Origin: Neoechinorhynchus agilis
Lineage: Eukaryota > Animalia > Acanthocephala
DNA length: 64,000 bases
Direction of reading: 5' to 3'
NCBI GenBank assembly: GCA_051530055.1
Contig: CM121341.1
Location: forward strand, 10,394,784 to 10,458,783
Part shown: one piece after another, positions 1 to 17,200 of the stretch
Layout of the letters: every line of letters starts with the position of its first letter
Position numbering within the stretch: position 1 is the first letter of the stretch
Notes under the pieces: generated by a model
Database searches by the model: none
What the model was told of the DNA's origin: nothing
Seen by the model: the letters and a program-made list of their open reading frames with translations, nothing else
Program-made: the position numbers and the translations under genes

Positions 1-657
1 ATAGAGCGAAGTAAATGCAGAATCGTTAAAGTGGCGATATTTATCAGTAATAATAGATAAAAAATTAATCAAAAGTGTTACAGCAACCCGAGAAGATATC
101 AGATAACTCAGAATTAAAACCATTTCAAGGCAGATTCCACAGACTTTATCATGAGATACTTGCAAAGCAAAAGCTTCGTTCATTGCCTTTTCGTGTTCAT
201 CTACGCAAGCTCGGTGATGCTGACTTCGTTGTTTGGGATCCTGAGGATGTAGGCAGAACTTTTGGCAATATTCACATTGGTCTCCATGGACAAATTGACA
301 TGAAGCATCAGGACATGTTCCACGTTTGGCCATATAAGGACAAAGAGGTAGAATCACATTCGATGCAATGGGTGCTTTGTTCTTCAATGACGGATCAAGC
401 CTTATTATTTGGCTCAATGGCTTAGCTTCGGGTAAATTCAGAGTATCGTCATCTTCTTTTGGTGGCTCTTTATCCAGCTTCACATGACGATATCGGCATT
501 TTTTGCCAAATGAACAAGTACCCATTTGGTAATATCGACACACGTCATCGAATTTAGCCGATCGATCATGAGATCGGAAACAGTCTTTACCGAACTTACA
601 TGCGTTCATGGCAAAATATGGACACGCCAGCTTCTTCAATCGTTCCTTCTCAGCCAT
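1..657 (-). CDS. MKRN: Makorin RING-finger protein, 5' part (exon 657-121, gene continues off the window start)
   Basis: Manual translation: MAEKERLKKLACPYFAMNACKFGKDCFRSH..CRYYQMGTCSFGKKCRYRH..LCPYMAKRGTCPDASCQFVHGDQCEYCQKFCLHPQD..QHHRAC..AFALQVSHDKVCGICLEM. This gives three CCCH fingers, the makorin Cys-His motif and the RING start. Probable GT donor at 120. Confidence 0.92.
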   Translation of the reverse strand, partial: MAEKERLKKLACPYFAMNACKFGKDCFRSHDRSAKFDDVCRYYQMGTCSFGKKCRYRHVKLDKEPPKEDDDTLNLPEAKPLSQIIRLDPSLKNKAPIASNVILPLCPYMAKRGTCPDASCQFVHGDQCEYCQKFCLHPQDPKQRSQHHRACVDEHEKAMNEAFALQVSHDKVCGICLEMVLILSYLISSRVAVTLLINFLSIITDKYRHFNDSAFTSLY

Positions 658-994
658 CTGCAACGCGAAATAGATAACACGAAAACCCCGATAAAAAACC
701 TGTTAAAACACACTTCAATCATCATGAATTACATGGTGTTTTGGTGGATTCTTCCCATAAGGTGCGAAATTTTATACGAATACATTGCCTCGTACAATGA
801 CGTACGACTCCAGGGAAGAATTCCGGTTAATTGGCACATCCGTGATTTTGGTACGTCGTCTTGAAGCTGTATTACTTCGTTGTCACAAATAGCCGAAATC
901 AATGGTCGAAAGTAAGATATCGTGAAGATGCAGAATCAAATGAATCCAGACTTGCATTATCTTTATTCGTACTGAAAATAAGTTAGTCTTTTGT

Positions 995-1262
995 TGATAT
1001 GTAACGAGGTACCGGGATATACGATTAGTCTTCACTCGATAAAGAGTTTCTCGTTAAAGACGTTCTGCGGATCTCGCAGTGCTCAGCGCTTTTTTGGGGA
1101 ACAATAAACTCGGCTACATACAATACTAAAAGTATTTTCGTTTAGCAATTAACGATTCTTAAACCATCCGAATTAACTAAGGCTGCCATCAAGATTAGAA
1201 GTTCTCTTTAAATCTTCACCCGTAAAGAATTTCTTGTTAGAGACGATCTGCGAACCTCGTAG
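995..1262. repeat. Copy of dispersed palindromic (foldback) repeat family
   Basis: Shares gatatgtaacgaggta, taaagacgttctgcg and gcgaacctcg motifs with 12575-13115, 16340-16560, 21270-21400 and 47035-47905. Confidence 0.6.
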
Positions 1263-1339
1263 TGTTTATCAGCAATTTGCTAGTTATTAAAAGATGCGAT
1301 GATAAACCTGATGAGGTTCGCCAATCAAAACACCTATCA

Positions 1340-1645
1340 ACCCTTGAACCACAATTTCTACCATATATCGCTCCCTTTATACACGAGCACAACACTCGTA
1401 ATCCTAATTCGTTTCATGCCCAATCTTCTCGGATATCAGAACTTGAAATGAACCAAAGGAAAGAAAAACCTAACAAGCGGTCCTGTAAACAATAAACACC
1501 AATTCCCACCAGAACGGACCTTCCAACCCGACAGGATATTCTCGAACGAACGGACACATCCTCACCTGAACGAACCTCCTCCGACTGGATAGTCCCACCG
1601 GAATGTGCATCCCTCTAACCAGATATTACCTTCCGAACGGACATA
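1340..1645 (+). mobile_element. Fragment homologous to the LINE-associated segment at 24820-25200 (opposite strand)
   Basis: Clear reverse-complement similarity (cgagcacaacactcgtaat, cccaatcttctcggatatca, ccagaacggaccttccaa, cgaacggacacatcctcacc). Confidence 0.75.
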
Positions 1646-1714
1646 AGCGCTTTGAGTTCTTTTGAAAGATTAGAGAGAGGTGTTTTTCTAAAGGCGTGAA
1701 TTTGGAGGAGCAGA

Positions 1715-2290
1715 TTAGAGCGCACCTCTTGTGAAATGTATTAAGTTTTTTGAATAGTTTAGAAGAAAAATTGCAGAAGGTTGGATATGCGTGAATGATA
1801 ATCCAAGGAATCGAATACGTTTAAGAAGATAGAGTTTAATAGACTCTTTTTGCAGCAAAATTAATATGTGCTTATCCCATTTTAGATTTTCTTGAAAATG
1901 AAGATCAAATATATGAACAGAGGAGACACGATTGATATCAGCATACAAAAAGTATTTGGAAAAAAAGGATGGAATAAGATTAAATTGTAATCTATTGTTA
2001 AGAACGGATTTCAACCATTTGATTTGCCAGGCGGCAAAACCAAATTTAGAGCACATTACCCGAATCGAGCGGTTGAACGAATAATTTATATCGACCGGTG
2101 CTTTGAAGCACTCCGATTTTTCTTTAACGATTAACATTGGAATATTTTTCACAATTCTAGAATTTCCTCTAAAAAACAAACGCCTTAGTCCAAATAAGTT
2201 GCTTTTTGTTAATGGGTGAAAACGAAGTGCAAGTGTCTTTGCCGTCAGGGCAAAGCTGAAGCTGCGGTGCCGTTCACAAATACACAACTA
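1715..2290 (-). mobile_element. Degenerate non-LTR retrotransposon RT fragment
   Basis: QIKWLKSVLNNRLQ, FLYAD, LHFQENLKWDKHI and KLYLLKRIRFLG are LINE RT C-terminal motifs. Confidence 0.7.
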
Positions 2291-2359
2291 TTCCTCAACT
2301 CATTTTGAGTTACGAAATTCCCCGAGATCGAGTTTAAACTCTTATTTTTGGAATTCTAT

Positions 2360-7964
<5,605 letters not shown>

Positions 7965-8249
7965 TGGATTCGTGATAACCAGAAGGATTTCTACAAACTT
8001 TTCTAAACGCAACAAAAGTTAAGAAACTGCTTTGAATCTTCTTTGCGTATCTGGCGTTATGTTTCGCCTTAAGGATTGATACATCGTCATTAGTTTGATG
8101 TGGTTCATACCTTCATCTCGAATGCTTGAGCAACAATAGAAATTCACTTGTTTCAAAACAACATTTGAAACAGATATTTTCAAAACAAAATGTTTTTAAA
8201 AGTTTGGTCAAATCTAAACATTAAGAAAATTCATTAGAGACTTGATGAT

Positions 8250-9000
8250 AAAATGATGAACAAACTGGCACTTGGAAGCTCAGCAAAATGGAATGGCGAC
8301 AATTGCTCCAGTTCTGTACCAGGTACACGAACTTTGAGTTTGAGAACTACGACCACATTGATGCGCCTGCACTGGCAGAGCTCTATATGGAGAAATGGGA
8401 CAAGGATCATATCGCCACAATTGCTGGAATAAATCTTTCACTCAAAAGAGTTGATATCTTGATGAAGCGGTCAATATTTTCTGAGGATAAATTTGGTGAT
8501 CTTCTAAACACGAAGGACCGATACATACAATGGGACGCAGAAATGGAGAAAGCACCGTAGCTTTTCTGGATGTTTTCTTAAGACGACAAAACTCAAGTTA
8601 TAGGATCACAGTGTCCTCTGCCCAGTCAATATCCTACAAAGTAGTGAGGATCGGAGAGCATTTCGATATTGGTCTGATCAGAATGTCCTATGCCATGAAC
8701 TAAGGAAGGATTATCCGAGTAGCAAGATTGCTCGATGTATTCGGGACGAGCGCTATGACGAACCTAAAGAACCGGTTTTCTTTTTGGAAGTTCCATTTCA
8801 ATGTAACTCCGATGTAAACCGAATCCTGAAGTTGGACAAGAGCCAGAAATTGTCCAGCATTGTTAATCCGTTAGCCGATTCCATCTCGGAAGGATGCGCC
8901 TGTAAAGACTGCCCAAAGGTCTACGAATTGAGCACACTAATCATCTAAACGCTGTTGAACAAGGAAACGGACCAAAGTCCTAACATCGAATCGTGAGATT
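8250..9000 (+). mobile_element. Highly degenerate Penelope-like element (RT plus GIY-YIG remnant)
   Basis: LQFCTRYTNFEF, KRVDIL..LLNTKDRYIQWDAEMEK/AFLDVFL resemble PLE RT (RYVDD, IQFTxExE, FLDV). CKDCPKVY resembles the GIY-YIG start. Several frameshifts. Confidence 0.55.
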
Positions 9001-9473
9001 GATTTTGACAATGAGGACACCAAGTGAGCGAATTGACTTTAGAGATACATTCCAGTCAAATAAGGCGGATTATAGGTCAAAACTCAGGATAGAGGCACCC
9101 TGATCTACGGACGAAATATTGGGAATTGATAAATCAACATCTACTCTTCTCATATTGGACGATTTTACTATTCTTGTAAGACAGTGAATAGCAAAATAAT
9201 ATCAATTATCAAATTCATTTATGAAGTACAGGATACATTAATCCACGCATGAAAAATATACTTTCAATGTTTAAGACTGTGTGTATTGAAGTCTGCGTGA
9301 GCGATCAAAACTAAAAAATTTCATTCGAAAAAACGCAAATGTAAAATTTATCGATGCAAGTAACATTACGAAAATATTCGTGATGTAAACAACTTTTGTT
9401 TCCTATTTTTGACAATATATTTCTATTCCAGATTTTTTTATCGAACGGAAAATGGGTGTTTTATTTATTTCTT

Positions 9474-9512
9474 GCTTCAAATTTTCGACGCCTTGCGTCT
9501 TCGTCAGGAAGC
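9474..9512 (-). ncRNA. Minimal type I hammerhead ribozyme (Penelope type), copy 1
   Basis: GCUUC CUGACGA A GACGC AAG GCGUC GAAA AUUU GAAGC: 5-bp stem I, CUGANGA core, 5-bp stem II, GAAA, palindromic AAUU stem III. Confidence 0.8.
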
Positions 9513-10043
9513 TTTTCTTCGGTTATCTGAAAAGGAATCAGAGGAGGGCAACACTGTCCGTCAGCTCATCCCTTTTATTGAGCATCCCCTCTGCCTCGTT
9601 GTGTCCGTCCTTGCTGCTCGTAACCCTACTCAATTCGTTCCAAGCATCCTGTTGAGCACAACGAGCGCAGTTCCTCCCTATACTTGAACAAATTCCGCTT
9701 GAGAAAATGCAATGACTCCCTAGAGTTCTTCAAGCTCATCATTAGGCATTGTTCTCTAAGTTTCTCCAACGTAGCACGAATCGACCGCCTGTTGACCAGC
9801 TTGCCCCTCATATAGACCATTCTGTTAACGAAAGCGGGGATAACATGCCTGGAGACACATCTTCGCAGAAAAATGATCCCTTGCTCCAAAATCTTTATCC
9901 TCTCCAGAGTCGCGAAGAAGTTTGTAGAGGCTCCCGTTTAACCGCATGTTCATAATATTATGGAAAGCCTCTTTTCCCAACACCCTCATGTTTTATTCCA
10001 GATTTTTTTATCGAACGGAAAATGGGTGTTTTATTTATTTCTT

Positions 10044-10082
10044 GCTTCAAATTTTCGACGCCTTGCGTCTTCGTCAGGAAGC
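10044..10082 (-). ncRNA. Minimal type I hammerhead ribozyme (Penelope type), copy 2
   Basis: Identical to the copy at 9474-9512. Confidence 0.8.
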
Positions 10083-10439
10083 TTTTTCGGTTATCTGAAA
10101 AGGAATCAGAGGAGGGCAACGCTGTCCGTCAGCTCATCCCTTTTATTGAGCATCCCCTCTGCCTCGTTGTGTCCGTCCTTGCTGCTCGTAACCCCACTCA
10201 ATTCGTTCCAAGCATCCTGTTGAGCACAACGAGCGCAGTTCCTCCCTATACTTGAACAAATTCCGCTTGAGAAAATGCAATGACTCCCTAGAGTTCTTCA
10301 AGCTCATCATTAGGCATTGTTCTCTAAGTTTCTCCAACGTAGCACGAATCGACCGCCTGTTGAATAGCTTGCCCCTCATATAGATTCATTAAACTGCCAT
10401 AAGGCTCTCCAATTTGAGCAATTCTCTATCGATTAGCTC

Positions 10440-12450
10440 GTGGTGATCTTTTTCGATTCTGGCAAGGTCACAAAATTATTGGAAATTTACGAATCAATGA
10501 TCTTTCTTAACAGAGCATCTTTTTATTGACATTAATAGAATTCGATTGGAAGATTAAAAACCCGAAATCTGAATTTTAATGCGCTCGCACTGTGGATGTT
10601 CGATTTGGTCCCGATCGCATAAATAACGCTCGAACTTTTCCGAACATTCTTAAAGGTTAAAACGCTTAGTTAATAATAAGTAATATTGAGCCTTAACGCG
10701 AATAACTCGCTTTTAAATTATTCAACACGAGGCGCTTTAAAGATGACACTCATTCAATACTGACTGGCAATTTTTAGCAAAAAAGTTATGAGTTAATTGT
10801 GGACAAAATGGAATTAAACGTTCTTCAAGCCAATGAAGATAATGTTCGGTTTCTTGTAAGCATCATTAAGTTTCTAAACAGATACCTCTGGTACACCCAT
10901 CAAACTTTTGAATTCCGAATGGAAATGTCTTTGTGCAGAATTTTGCTAGGTAAAGAGGCTTCTTCGACAGCCATCTCTTACTTTGCCGTACAAAAAAAGA
11001 CGAAAACGAATTTGATTCTTGTGATCGAAAACTAAAATCAATGCAATTTAAATTTGAAGATGGAAACAAGAAAAACTGTCGGATTCAAACTTTAGTCGCC
11101 ATGCATCATCTATACACTAATGCTCATCAAGAAGCTATGAATGTTGTGAAAATCCTGGTGAGCGAAAATGTTTTTGGTTTTTTTAGATATGGGAGTTTTT
11201 TCATTTTTTATGAAAAAGATTAAATTAATTCTCTAAGAAATGGCCACCTTTTCGTTACTTACGGTCACAGATCGTTTATGATAAATATCTAAAACCATTG
11301 TCCTTCTCTGATATTTTCCGTGAATAAGCGTAAACTATAGGGTTTTTTCAATAAACAAGAAATCACATTTTGTAAATAATTATAAACATTTTGATACCTT
11401 CAACCGACGGGCAAAAATTCTGTTCGTTTGTTTTAAGTAAGCCTAAGAAATACATTCGCGCTCTTTAAGCAATTTTTATTTTACGTTATCGATATAGGAT
11501 AAGGAGCTATCGATAAAATTTCCTTCTGATCACTACAGAATGGGAATCGTGTATTTACTGAAGGGGCAAATATTGGAAACTAAGAACAGATCTTCAGATG
11601 CCATGGAATATTTCGCACGGGTAACGTTTACCAACCTCTCGTTTTGCAACTATCGAATAAGTGAATCGATATCGTAGGCTGTCGCAGTGTGGCGAAATTA
11701 CTTGTTCGAAATATTTGAGAAGGTAGAAGACGTTATTGTAAATTATTATGGTTATATTGACGACAAAGAATTAAATCTTATGCTCGACAGAGTGGATACT
11801 CAAAACAAATTGGTTTTGAGTAAGTTTTACCAACAAAACTAGTTCTTTTTCTCGATAGTTTAATTTCAAAACATAAATGTAGTAATGAGCGATAGATGCG
11901 ACGCGATGACAATCTACAAATATTTACGAGATAAAGACCAGAGTGAAAACCTTGTTATTTTTGCAGCACTTCTAAGTTTTCTCTTCCGTGGATGTTCCAT
12001 ACCGGAAACGGCGATTGGTACAAAATCATTGTTATTGGAAAGGATAGAACAACTGAAAACTATAATCGAACAGAAATTGCCGGATTTCGAGATTCTTAAA
12101 CTTAAGCTAAATACATAAATATAAAAAAATTAAATTTGTAGCATGACCAAAGATTAGAAGAGCGAAACACATCAAGTGCGGATTATTGGAAGAGCAAAAA
12201 TTTACTTGAAACAATGGCATTGCAAGTCAGCGGAAACAAGATCCATTTTCGCACTGTATCTATGTAACCATATAAAAAACGAGCAAGACGGAGTCGGTGA
12301 TGCATTTTCTGACTGGCGTTATTGCTAACTGTCTCCACATCTCGCAGAAGACTAGACAACTTACGGAAAATGAACGTGCCTCATAAACACGCATTTCTTC
12401 AAGAATATAAAACTCACACACCTTCTTTGTGAAACACGGAGTTTCCTTCG
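10440..12450 (+). CDS. Multi-exon gene of unknown identity with TPR-like helical segments (boundaries approximate)
   Basis: Open segments flanked by AG/GT, e.g. DKELSIKFPSDHYRMGIVYLLKGQILETKNRSSDAMEYFAR|gt, ag|AVAVWRNYLFEIFEKVEDV..., SDRCDAMTIYKYLRDKD... Confidence 0.5.
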
Positions 12451-12574
12451 AACTTAGTCTCTAGTTTTCCTTACTCGTATGAATACAACGGTACGCTTTG
12501 TGCTTTTTGGGCGTTATTTGTCGGCGAGGGGAGGGGACTTTAATCCATTTGATGAACCATAAACATTGCAAGTG

Positions 12575-13115
12575 TTATTTAGAAGTCTTCAGTCGGTAAA
12601 TAATTTTTTATTAGAGACATTCTGCGAACCTCGACGTGAGGACGAAGCGTGACGTTCATAGAAAGTCTCTAATATAAAAATTATTTACCGGCTGAATACT
12701 TCTAAATAACAAATTTGTTTTGGTTCGGTAGAAGTTGATTCTTTTAAAAGGATTTGACTGTATATTACGCTCATATAAATCCTTTTTTTGAAATGTCGAT
12801 ATGTAACGAGGTAATGGGGGATTATTGATTAAAATTATTGTTTAGAAGTCTTCATATCCGGTAAATAAGTTTTTGAATTAAAGACGTCTTTTAATATTTA
12901 TCAAACTAATGATAAACGTGACCAAGTTTGCAGAACATCTTTAATACAAAAATTATATACCGGGTGAAGACTTCTAAATAGCAAATTTGTTTTCATTCTT
13001 CAGAATTTGATACTATTAAAAAGGATTTGACTGTATATTACGCTCATATAAATACATTTGCTTTGAAATGTCGGTATGTAACAAGGTAATGGGGGGATTA
13101 TTGATTAGAATTATT
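12575..13115. repeat. Two tandem ~275-bp units of palindromic foldback repeat family
   Basis: Each unit has ~55-bp inverted arms (gttatttagaagtcttca..ggtaaataa ... ttatttaccgg..gaagacttctaaata). Reverse complement of 47035-47905. Confidence 0.8.
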
Positions 13116-13597
13116 GTTCCCTTCGGGTTCATCATCACAAATTGATTGATTCACATATCGACAACCACACGATTGTTTTAAGATTGAATTATTCATGTTT
13201 TTATATGGCGGAAAACTGAAGTAATTATAAAGGGGGATAAAGTATTCCAGCGGGCAAATTGTTAAAACACTCTTCACCCGCTAAACTCACGAACAAATTG
13301 TACAATTTTCTTCAGTTTCAAAATGAATATTCAGTTTTTTGAATTTTAAAAAGAGAAAATCAACTTCCTATGGACACGATAGCTAAACCTCGTGCTGAAA
13401 GTTTATTCGATTAACGTTCGATGTTCTTTAGGATCATTCATTGAGCTTTTAGTGCTCATTGCCGACGTTTATTGTGTATTTTTTCGACAAAATCATTTGC
13501 GGTGATTAGACCCCGGACTTTCCAGATGAAATTCCGACACTCAAGCCCCCTTTATTGAGGCGAAAAGCTTTTCTCAGAGCAACATTCTTTAAAAGTC

Positions 13598-13725
13598 AAT
13601 TTATTGAATTAAGAAATATATCGAAATAGAGAAGAAACCTCGCCTTATCAGTCTTTGTATGTAAGTTTTTCAGAACTAATGAGCCTAGGTTTCTTCTTTC
13701 AAGAGGTTTCTTAATTCAATAAAAT
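13598..13725. mobile_element. Short MITE-like inverted-repeat element
   Basis: tttattgaattaagaaa..agaagaaacct ... aggtttcttct..tttcttaattcaataaa. Confidence 0.55.
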
Positions 13726-13803
13726 ATGTCATCCAAGGGAAGTAGGCAACGGACCACTAAGCTTCGTCGCTATCGACCTGGAACGGTTGTTGCTCTACAA
13801 ATT
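13726..13803 (+). pseudogene. Histone H3-variant-like fragment
   Basis: ATG..MSSKGSRQRTTKLRRYRPGTVVALQI resembles the H3 motif RYRPGTVALREI. No histone fold follows. Confidence 0.4.
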
Positions 13804-14202
13804 TGTTTTTTCATCGTCTTGCTGGATTTTCAATAATCACCGAGTAGCCTTTAAGGCTCATTTTATAGAATTAAAAAATCCAATAAAATTGTGGTAATGA
13901 TAATCTCCACCTCCCCCAAGCGCGGCTTAAAATTTATTTTATCAAATTAAGAAATATTTGGAGGAAACCGGCGACGGTGTAAAGGACGATTATCAGTACA
14001 ACATTAGATTTTTAGTGACGAAATCGCGTGGATTAATGGTATTTCTTCCATGTCATGAGACCATTTCAAAGAAATGCGCGTCTTACGAATGTTTTGTGCC
14101 CGTGTTTTTGAGTGTAACGGACGATGACGTCACTTGCGCGTGTCTAGTGACGTCATAATGCGCGTTCGCATTTAAATAGAATCAATTTAGGTAACTGGAT
14201 CG

Positions 14203-17200
14203 ATGTTTAACTCTACGATGACGCCTCCATCTCACACACCATGGAACCTCGTATGGCTCTACGGCTTTTTGGCGACGACAGGCATAAACCTAACGAGTAT
14301 TTTGGGCGCCCTAAGTTATTTTTGTGTGAATCCTAAGCTGTACACATGGATTTTGATGGCTATGATTGCGATTGGTGTTGGTTCGATGGTTACTGTGAGT
14401 GTGATGAACCTCATTCCCCAAGTAAGCACCCGATCTTCCTTTTATTTCATTTTATCCCGATTTGAACAAGAGGATGGCCACTTGTCCAAGATAGAAATAG
14501 ATGAAATGTTTAGTTTCATGAGTGACGTAACTTCCAAAGTTGCGACCGACCACGCAGTGCCAGGTTGGACCGAACTTTCGATCAAACTCCTTCTTTATAA
14601 AGGCGGCAATGTCCTTTTCGATGTTATACTTCCCCATTGCATTTTGGGACACCTCAATGGCATCTCTTTGCATATCATCGGCCATATCGGCACTCTTGAT
14701 CACTGCTTTGGCTTCAGACATTGGCACGAGGTCTTGAAAAGTTGTTGGCGTGCGTTAGAGGCGGCGGCGGCGTGGGTTTATATGCTGTACGCGTTGACGT
14801 GTATAGGCGCAACAACTGTTACTGCATTGTTGCGTGTAGTAACGAACAAACCAATCAGAACGAGAGACGCGGAGTTTCACGCCCATAACGGTTTTTTTGC
14901 TTTTAGTCAACGATATGTTGGTCATAGAGATTCTCTTTTTTCTGCAACCAATATTTCGTCCGTATTGTCGAGAGTTTTAGACCTCAGGAAGTCCGATGAG
15001 ACGGACGAAATACTGCGCTAAAAAAAGGGAATCAATAATAATAAATTAATCTCTGTATAAATGACCAAAAATGAAATAACTTCTTTACAATATAGGAGAA
15101 CGTCGCTTGATTTTTTTCGGATAACCGAAAACCCAAAAATTGGTAAAGAATTATTTTAAAGAAGTTATTTCGTTTTTGGTCATTTATAGAGAGAGATTAA
15201 TTTATTATTATTGATTCCCTTTTTTTCACACAATACTTCTTTTTTTCGCCGAGAGTTTTAGACCTTATAAAGTCCAATGAGACGGACGAAATATTAAGTG
15301 AAAAAAGGGATAAAGAATTGCATAATTGTAGCTTTATTGTTCAAAATAATCACTTTGATGTGTACATTTGGGACGATGTTTCCTCTTTTTTTGAGATTTC
15401 ATCGCTCAAGAAAGATCATTTCTGTCATCAATGTTCTCGTCTTAACTTAATCTCCATGAGTTTTAGAAACGATTCATAGCAATGGTTTTGGCATTTTATC
15501 TCCTTGGCCGCTCGAATCTAATTTTGAAAAATGACCTTTTTCGGAGTTTTAGGTGGTGGATCGGGACCGATTAGTCTTTTCTGTCTTACCCTCATCAACG
15601 CACTTATTTTCAAATGTATGCCACTTTTAAAGGTTCTCGAGCATCAAGGCGAAAGCGTCGGAGAGCTCTCTGTCGTAATGATATCCATTTATGTATTCTG
15701 CATTTCGGACCAGATCTTAAAACTCATTAGAATGAAAAAGGTATGCCGTTTGTGTGTTATACAATTCTTTTCTTTTTAAATTTAATATTTGCGTCTTAGA
15801 GTAATACTCACCAGACAACTGTTTCTGAGATCTGTGTGCTGAACGATGAAAACGATGGTATGGGAGAGAATGTAAGTACCGAAATGGCTGAGTGGTCAAC
15901 GGTGTAGCTCAGATCGGTTAGAGCACCAGTTTATTCTGGAGACGCAGGTTCGAAACCTGTCACCGTTGTAAAGTAATTTCGATACGATCAAGTTATTAAT
16001 AAAATATTGTTAGAGACCGAACTCCTCAATAACAGAATTGGATTCCGAGACGAAAAACGGAGTTGATACGGTTGTGTATACTTTATCATTTGAACATTTC
16101 GTCGCTAATGAGAGACTATTCGGAATATGTAGGTCGTACTCGGGGTAGAAAACCCAAAAGCAATCATCAAACCAGTTACGCGGTTAAAGGATATTCCAAC
16201 TGTCGTGTTTCTCGTTCTTTTGAGTGATGGGATGCACAATTTCGTCCGGGACAGTGAACCGCTTTTTTCCTCGATTTGGCTTTATCGAATGCCCTCCACA
16301 TTGAGTTCAAAGCTGCGGTGCACTGGAAACTTAAATACTTCTAGGAATGTCGTTACGTGAGCAGGTACCGGGGGATATGATTAGAATTATCAATTTTTTT
16401 TATTGTTCATTGTCACAAACCCATTGACCATACAATTGTTTGATGTTGATTTATTCATGTTTTTATATGGCAGAAAAATGAAACGAACAAACTGATGATG
16501 AACACGACGAGGTTCGCAGAACGTCTTTAATAAAAAATTATTTACCGGGTATGTGTAATTCGAGTTCGCAAAAAGTGTTGTTTAACGACGTAGAAACTTG
16601 ATTTGTTTATTTAGTAACTTTAACGATTTTCTAAAAAAAGAGGACGGTTTAAAAACCAATTGAATTTTCTCTTCTTTTGATTTGAAAAAAGTGGTTTACT
16701 GCAATAGACGGTTTAACAATTGGTGCCACATTTGCTGGTGAGCATGCTAAGACAGGCCTTAACGTCTTTCTAGCAATTCTCTTTGAAGAAATTCCATGTG
16801 AATTGGGTAAGAGCTTAGCGTTTACATTCTTCGATTTATCAGAAAACCCTATACCGTAGGTGATTTTGCGATATTTCTCAAAGCTGGTATCAGTACACGA
16901 TATGCGATACTTCTAAATCTCATTGGAGCTTCGCCCAATTACATTGGATTAATTGTTGGGATCCTGATCGGCAACCTTCATCATGTCCACATTTGGATAT
17001 ACGCAATAGCGGCCGGGATGTTTTTGTATATTTCGCTTGGGGTTATGGTGAGTTTGAAACTCACTTTTCGACAATTCATGTTTTCTGCTGCATTTAGTTG
17101 TCGGAACTCGTGGACCTTCAAATGACGGTTGCCAAATTTGGTATAAAACAAGATGGTACTATCCCGATTCGTGGGATCATTTCTTCGTTCACAGTGCAGA

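Larger units (their letters stand above)
9426..10382 (-). mobile_element. Tandem (570-bp period) Penelope-type units, each ending in a hammerhead ribozyme and AATAAA
   Basis: 9426-9815 is repeated at 9996-10382. ORF IIFLRRCVSRHVIPAF resembles PLE ORF N-termini. Hammerhead in each unit. Confidence 0.75.

Noticed and set aside
75-864. Plus-strand ORFs 75-425 and 526-864
   Set aside because: The first is an antisense shadow of makorin. The second overlaps makorin's 5' end and has no independent support.
1300-1335. Hammerhead-like cctgatgaggttcgccaatcaaaac
   Set aside because: G12 of GAAA is absent and stems I and III do not form.
14955-15012. gtccgatgagacggacgaaa resembling a hammerhead core (second copy near 15275)
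   Set aside because: CUGA is missing. It is explained as a simple GTCCG/CGGAC hairpin within a short inverted repeat.
14203-15021. 272-aa ORF as a single protein
   Set aside because: Only the first 73 codons are ZIP exon 1. The rest is read-through of the intron, antisense to DYNLL.
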